Shown here: positions 59,464 through 64,000 of the stretch, piece after piece
Layout of the letters: every line of letters begins with the position of its first letter
Numbering within the stretch: the first letter of the stretch is position 1
Assembly (NCBI GenBank): GCA_944392275.1
Contig: CALXWA010000003.1
Location: forward strand, 31,286 to 95,285
Source: an uncultured Alphaproteobacteria bacterium
GTDB taxonomy: Bacteria; Pseudomonadota; Alphaproteobacteria; RF32; CAG-239
Direction of reading: 5' to 3'
DNA length: 64,000 nt
Made by a program: the position numbers and the translations under genes
The notes under the pieces: model-generated
Told to the model about the DNA's origin: nothing
Databases searched by the model: none
What the model saw: only the letters and a program-made list of their open reading frames with translations

Positions 59464-61701
59464 CTAGGTCATTCTGGTTAATTCATCAAGCATCTCATCG
59501 GCGGCGGTAATAATCTTGGTTGCTGCCGAATAAGCTCTTTGTGTCACAATCATGTTTGAAAATTCTGTTGCCAAATCAACGGTGGATTGTTCCAAGGAGT
59601 TAGCCGTTACTTTTCCGGCTCCGTTGGTTCCTCCTGTTTTTAACAAGGCTTGTCCGGAATAGTCAGTCTCAATCCAGGCATTACCCGTTAAAGAGCTCAA
59701 ACCGTTCGGATTGGCAAATGTTGCAATCGGAAGAATTGCGATCGGACGGGTTTCACCATTATCAAACTGAGCCGTTACAATACCATTTTCATCAATGCTA
59801 ACACCGGCATAGCTTCCAAAAGTAGCTCCGTCTTGGTTGATGTAATTGGTGTTGAAATCTCCGGCTAAGCTTGTCAATCCATCATTTGTACCGGCATTTC
59901 CCATAATCAAGCTGATGGAAGTTCCTTGTTTTTCTCCGTTATCCATATTTTGAGCACCATTTGCCCATTGGATTGACATATCATCAACAAAGAAATATTT
60001 CGGCGTACCATCGGCATTGAAACGAACCGCCGGAACAATTGAACCTGTTTCAACATCAACCGTATTAACAACAAATTTATTATTCATGGTAAAATTTGTT
60101 GCCATAGCATTATCCGTTAACCAAGTGGAAGTGATCGCTCCATCCGGACCAATAGTTGTTTGACGAGCCTGACCTTTGATTAAACCGTTCAAATCCGTAA
60201 AATCAAATTCAATTTCACCTCCGGTAGATGACGGATTAAACTCAAGAGTCATACCGCTGGCATTCAAATCACCTAAATCGGCTATATCGGCTTTTGCTAA
60301 ATCAACCAGGGCCGCAACAATATCAGCAACGGTTTCGCAATTATCCAAATCAACATCGGCACCGGCACCAATTGTATAGGTTTTTCCACCAATGGAAACT
60401 TCTTTTCCTTCATAGTCATCGACTTCTCCGGTAAAGGTAATGCTGGCCGTGTTTTTGATATCATTACTAATGGATTGGATTGTAAAGATACCTGTCGGGA
60501 TACCGGTTTCCACAACCGGATTTGCAGCAGACTGAACACAAGCCAAAGTCTTGCTGGCATCAATTGTTAAAGCAGCACCTCCGGTTGATTGCTCAATCAC
60601 AACGCGGGAACTATCCGCCGTAAAACGATCTGCTCCCGGAAGAGCCTCTTTCATTTGAGCAACCAAATTGGTCACAACGTCACTTGCCGAAGTAATTCCG
60701 TTTTTAATTTCAACATAACGGTGAGTGGCCGTATTATCCAAAGGAGGAATTTGCCCGGCAATATTTTCCACAAACTCAAAAGTTACTTCTTGTCCTGTGG
60801 AAGCATCCGTTATCGTAATGGTCGATCCGTTTTTAGGAATAGTCGTAAACTCTAATTGACCTGCGGCATAGTATACATCATCGGTTGCATTGGTTGTTTC
60901 CCGTCCGCCCGAAAGAGTAATTGTTGCCGCACCACTTGGAATAGAGGTCGACATTCCCCATGAGTTAGAACTTTGTTTAATATAGTTCATACTTACGTTG
61001 CTGGAATTCCCTAAGCTATCATAAATTAAAGCATTGAAGGAATATTTTCCACCAGAACTCGGAACGGAAGGATCATAGACATTTGCATCGGCCGGCAAGT
61101 TTCCGCCCAAACTGATTTGCTGGGTTGCTGATGCCGTCCCACCGATGGTTTTTAAGTTAATCGGTTTTAAGTTATTGGCATCAATGGTGTTATCATTGAC
61201 TAAAACCGTGTTTCCGTTGGCATCATAATATGCTTTCATATAATTAATGCCATTAATGTTAACAACCGTCGCATTCGGATCGTTATTCCAAGGCAGTAAA
61301 GACCATCCCTGCAAGTAGAAACCACTGCTGTTTTTCAAATAACCTTGGTTATCTACATCAAAATCTCCGGCACGGGTATAAGCCCAGGTATCGCTTGCTC
61401 CAGGATTGGCCGATGTATTAACAACAAAGAAACCACTTCCACTAATACCTAACGCCGTGGATGAAGAATTTGAAGCCAGAAGCCCTTGAGCATCTACATA
61501 TTGCTTAGAGTTTGGCTGTACACCACCTGCAGAATAATAGTGACTGGAGGTTTGTTTGGTTACCAGTGTTGAAAAGCTTACATTGTTGTTTTTATAACCA
61601 ATTGTATTGACATTGGATATATTGTCAGAAATTGATGCCATCGAGTTTGACTGAGAAGCCAACCCCGAAATTCCTGATTGTAATGCACCAAATAAACTCA
61701 T
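59464..61701 (-). CDS. flgE: Flagellar hook protein FlgE (large form, 745 aa)
   Basis: Conserved N-terminal rod/hook segment (MSLFGALQSGISGLASQS...NNISNVNTIGYK) and C-terminal segment (EFSNMIVTQRAYSAATKIITAADEMLDEL). About 350 extra residues in the central domains. Confidence 0.9.
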   Translation of the reverse strand: MSLFGALQSGISGLASQSNSMASISDNISNVNTIGYKNNNVSFSTLVTKQTSSHYYSAGGVQPNSKQYVDAQGLLASNSSSTALGISGSGFFVVNTSANPGASDTWAYTRAGDFDVDNQGYLKNSSGFYLQGWSLLPWNNDPNATVVNINGINYMKAYYDANGNTVLVNDNTIDANNLKPINLKTIGGTASATQQISLGGNLPADANVYDPSVPSSGGKYSFNALIYDSLGNSSNVSMNYIKQSSNSWGMSTSIPSGAATITLSGGRETTNATDDVYYAAGQLEFTTIPKNGSTITITDASTGQEVTFEFVENIAGQIPPLDNTATHRYVEIKNGITSASDVVTNLVAQMKEALPGADRFTADSSRVVIEQSTGGAALTIDASKTLACVQSAANPVVETGIPTGIFTIQSISNDIKNTASITFTGEVDDYEGKEVSIGGKTYTIGAGADVDLDNCETVADIVAALVDLAKADIADLGDLNASGMTLEFNPSSTGGEIEFDFTDLNGLIKGQARQTTIGPDGAITSTWLTDNAMATNFTMNNKFVVNTVDVETGSIVPAVRFNADGTPKYFFVDDMSIQWANGAQNMDNGEKQGTSISLIMGNAGTNDGLTSLAGDFNTNYINQDGATFGSYAGVSIDENGIVTAQFDNGETRPIAILPIATFANPNGLSSLTGNAWIETDYSGQALLKTGGTNGAGKVTANSLEQSTVDLATEFSNMIVTQRAYSAATKIITAADEMLDELTRMT

Positions 61702-61742
61702 CTTTTTTCTCCTAAATCGTTCTGAATATTACCATGCAAAAT

Positions 61743-62519
61743 TCATGCCAAATTTGTTTCTTCAGATGGTTTTTCTTCAGCCTCTTCATCTTTGTCGCTT
61801 GAACTTCCCCCACTGCCGACATTAGAAGAATTATTTTTGTCAAAATAATTATCTTCTCGCATGGTAACAATATCTCCCAGAGTTGCCGTGACGGCGTCGC
61901 CTAAACCGATATAGATGTTATTACTATCACTGGCTACACCCGTTACTTTTCCAAAGACGGTCGTTGTTACCGTTGCTTCGGTTTCGCCGCTCGGAACTTT
62001 GGTTGAGACAACAATTTGGTAAGCCCCGTCTTCTAACTGGTTACCGTTAGAATCTTTACCATCCCAGTCAAATTCATGTGTTCCGGACGTTGTTTCTCCG
62101 GTTGTGGTGTAGACAACTTTTCCGTTCATGTCTTTTACCATAATACTGACCGAGGTCACATCTTTATTCAAAGTATAGGCAGCCTTGGCCTTTCCGTTTT
62201 GCAAAGGCATTACATCGCCAAGAACTTGTGCCGTTTTTCCGATATACGAAACTGCCTGAGCCCCTAAATTAGAAATATTCAAACTCAACAAATCATCTAA
62301 CTTAGAGTTGGTTTGAATTGCTTGTTCAACGGAAGAATATTGAACCAACTGATTGGTAAATTCTGCCGTATCCATCGGATCCAACGGATCTTGATATTTC
62401 AATTGTGTTGTTAGCAAAGTTAAAAATGTATTCATATCCGCAGACAAATTTTGGCTAGCGGTGTTGGTTGTACTGGTCGTATTTGACGCCATTCCGGTAA
62501 TTGAGCTAATATCTGTCAT
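61743..62519 (-). CDS. flgD: Flagellar hook assembly/capping protein FlgD
   Basis: The FlgD N-terminal motif (FLTLLTTQLKYQDPLDPMDTAEFTNQLVQYSSVEQ) precedes the Ig-like/tudor-like C-terminal domain. Confidence 0.8.
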   Translation of the reverse strand: MTDISSITGMASNTTSTTNTASQNLSADMNTFLTLLTTQLKYQDPLDPMDTAEFTNQLVQYSSVEQAIQTNSKLDDLLSLNISNLGAQAVSYIGKTAQVLGDVMPLQNGKAKAAYTLNKDVTSVSIMVKDMNGKVVYTTTGETTSGTHEFDWDGKDSNGNQLEDGAYQIVVSTKVPSGETEATVTTTVFGKVTGVASDSNNIYIGLGDAVTATLGDIVTMREDNYFDKNNSSNVGSGGSSSDKDEEAEEKPSEETNLA

Positions 62520-62536
62520 AATCGTTCTCCCCTAAA

Positions 62537-63925
62537 CTAGACGCGAATATTAAGGCCCTTGGAATAGTTCCAATTATCATTGGCCATTTCTTCGGTATTT
62601 TCGCCTTCCAACATCTCACCAATAAAGTGGCGAAGACGTGTACTTTCTTCTTTTTCGTTTTGGCTGGCTTGATCTCTGTCATTAAAGCTAAACGTCAAAC
62701 CACCTTCATCCATTTCAAAGCCGGCATCCGCAAACGCACGTTCCAGGCTTTGCATTTCTTTTTGCAACATTTCCATTGTCTCCGGACGGCTGGATATAAT
62801 ATGAGCTTGTAGTTTTCCGTCCTTGGAAATTTGCATTTTAACTTCAATATGTCCTAAGTCTTCCGGTTTGAGACTAATATCAATTTTATCAACCCCTTTT
62901 ATGGCTGATTTGGTGATATTAACTTTAACCTGATCAACGACCTCTTTGCTCATGCCTTTATAGATGTCCTTGAAAGAATTATCACCAATTCTTGCCGAGG
63001 TTTCCGTTTTAGACATTTGAGCAAAGTCATTTCCGGCAACGGATGCGCCCAGAGTTGTTCCACTATTGCTTACGCCATCAATTTTAGCAACCTCGACCGT
63101 TTTAACAGCTATGTTTTCAACCGGAGCTTGCCCGTTTGCAACATTTGCCGCTCCGCCTAGTTGCGGTGCAATATTTTGTTGATTTTGCACCGTATTCGGC
63201 TTGACTTCTTGAGTAAGGGTTGTTTTGGCATTTTTCAAAATCAACGGTTCAGAGCTTTCTTTTCCTTCTGATACTTTTTGCATGGTTTCACGCAGAGCAA
63301 TATCTTCTTTCACAAGTTTTTTATCTAATACAGCTTCTTGTTCATTTTGCACATTAACAGAAACCTTGATTGCTTTTCCGTTTTCTATTTTTTCATCCAG
63401 AGCTTCAGCTTGTAATGCCAAATCAATATCTGTATAAATATTATCCATCGTTCCCTTTTCATCAGGTACAGAAGCTTTAAGATTTGCAGATTTTGTGATT
63501 TTAACTGCCTCTGACAATACATCTGAGGAAACCGGCAAATCTTCTACCATTTCAGGAAGGGAAATCTGTGTTAAAACCTCTCCTTGTTGAGATAAATTTA
63601 TTTGCTGAGCCAAATCCTGCCCGCTCATTTTTTCGACAGCTCCGTCTGGCATCAAAACCGTCACCTCCGGTTGGGCCAAGAGATCAGACAACACAATATT
63701 TTCATCTGTTAAAGCAAAAGATCCTTCCGCCAAAATTACATCAACCCCCAAGGCATCCAGAGCATCTACTATCGGCATTACATCTCCTGTATTTTTTGCA
63801 TTTTCGAGAGATGCAACTTTGCCATTTTCTGCTACATCCGCTGACACATTCGGCATTTGGGTTTCCTCAGCATTTTGCACACCTTCAACCGTTGCCGGTT
63901 TTTCTGTCCCGTTTTCCGATACCAT
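62537..63925 (-). CDS. fliK: Flagellar hook-length control protein FliK
   Basis: C-terminal Flg_hook domain (ISLKPEDLGHIEVKMQISKDGKLQAHIISSRPETMEMLQKEMQSLERAFADAGF). Low-complexity N-terminal region. Immediately upstream of flgD-flgE. Confidence 0.7.
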   Translation of the reverse strand: MVSENGTEKPATVEGVQNAEETQMPNVSADVAENGKVASLENAKNTGDVMPIVDALDALGVDVILAEGSFALTDENIVLSDLLAQPEVTVLMPDGAVEKMSGQDLAQQINLSQQGEVLTQISLPEMVEDLPVSSDVLSEAVKITKSANLKASVPDEKGTMDNIYTDIDLALQAEALDEKIENGKAIKVSVNVQNEQEAVLDKKLVKEDIALRETMQKVSEGKESSEPLILKNAKTTLTQEVKPNTVQNQQNIAPQLGGAANVANGQAPVENIAVKTVEVAKIDGVSNSGTTLGASVAGNDFAQMSKTETSARIGDNSFKDIYKGMSKEVVDQVKVNITKSAIKGVDKIDISLKPEDLGHIEVKMQISKDGKLQAHIISSRPETMEMLQKEMQSLERAFADAGFEMDEGGLTFSFNDRDQASQNEKEESTRLRHFIGEMLEGENTEEMANDNWNYSKGLNIRV

Positions 63926-64000
63926 TTTTTCTTCCGGACGGGTTTCTGTCTTTGTATCCGCAACCGTCGCCGATGCATTTACCTCTGATGCATCCGTATC

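Overview
This window reads as a low-GC alphaproteobacterial (Rhizobiales) chromosome segment, most consistent with a flagellated Bartonella-like organism. That inference rests only on gene content, gene order and base composition. The first ~47 kb is mainly housekeeping: prmC, rpoH, asnS, eno, valS, popZ, tolC, glgP, pgk, gap, argS, gltX, recN, bamD, lpxC, a partial dcw cluster (mraZ-rsmH-ftsL-ftsI), efp, rpmE and zapA. A flagellin gene sits at 28.3-29.6 kb. Two RNA genes lie in ORF-free gaps: RNase P RNA (rnpB) and a candidate 6S RNA. The last ~17 kb (47.3-64 kb) is one minus-strand flagellar cluster. It runs fliK-flgD-flgE, then fliF-fliG-flbE(fliH)-fliN-flbD(sigma-54 activator)-flhA-flhF-flhG. 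Two uncharacterised genes follow in the same operon: a 573-aa protein and a J-domain/TM/SH3b protein. Accessory-looking content is scattered and has no family assignment from sequence alone. It includes a 627-aa Cys-rich orphan protein (18976-20859). It includes a 222-aa protein with a papain/transglutaminase-like Cys-His-Asp arrangement (10035-10703). It includes a two-gene orphan module that sits where murE would normally follow ftsI (39709-42266). It includes an in-frame 18-nt GC-rich tandem repeat at the 3' end of ftsI. No CRISPR array, IS element or prophage was seen. All calls come from reading the translations and sequence by eye; no searches were run.
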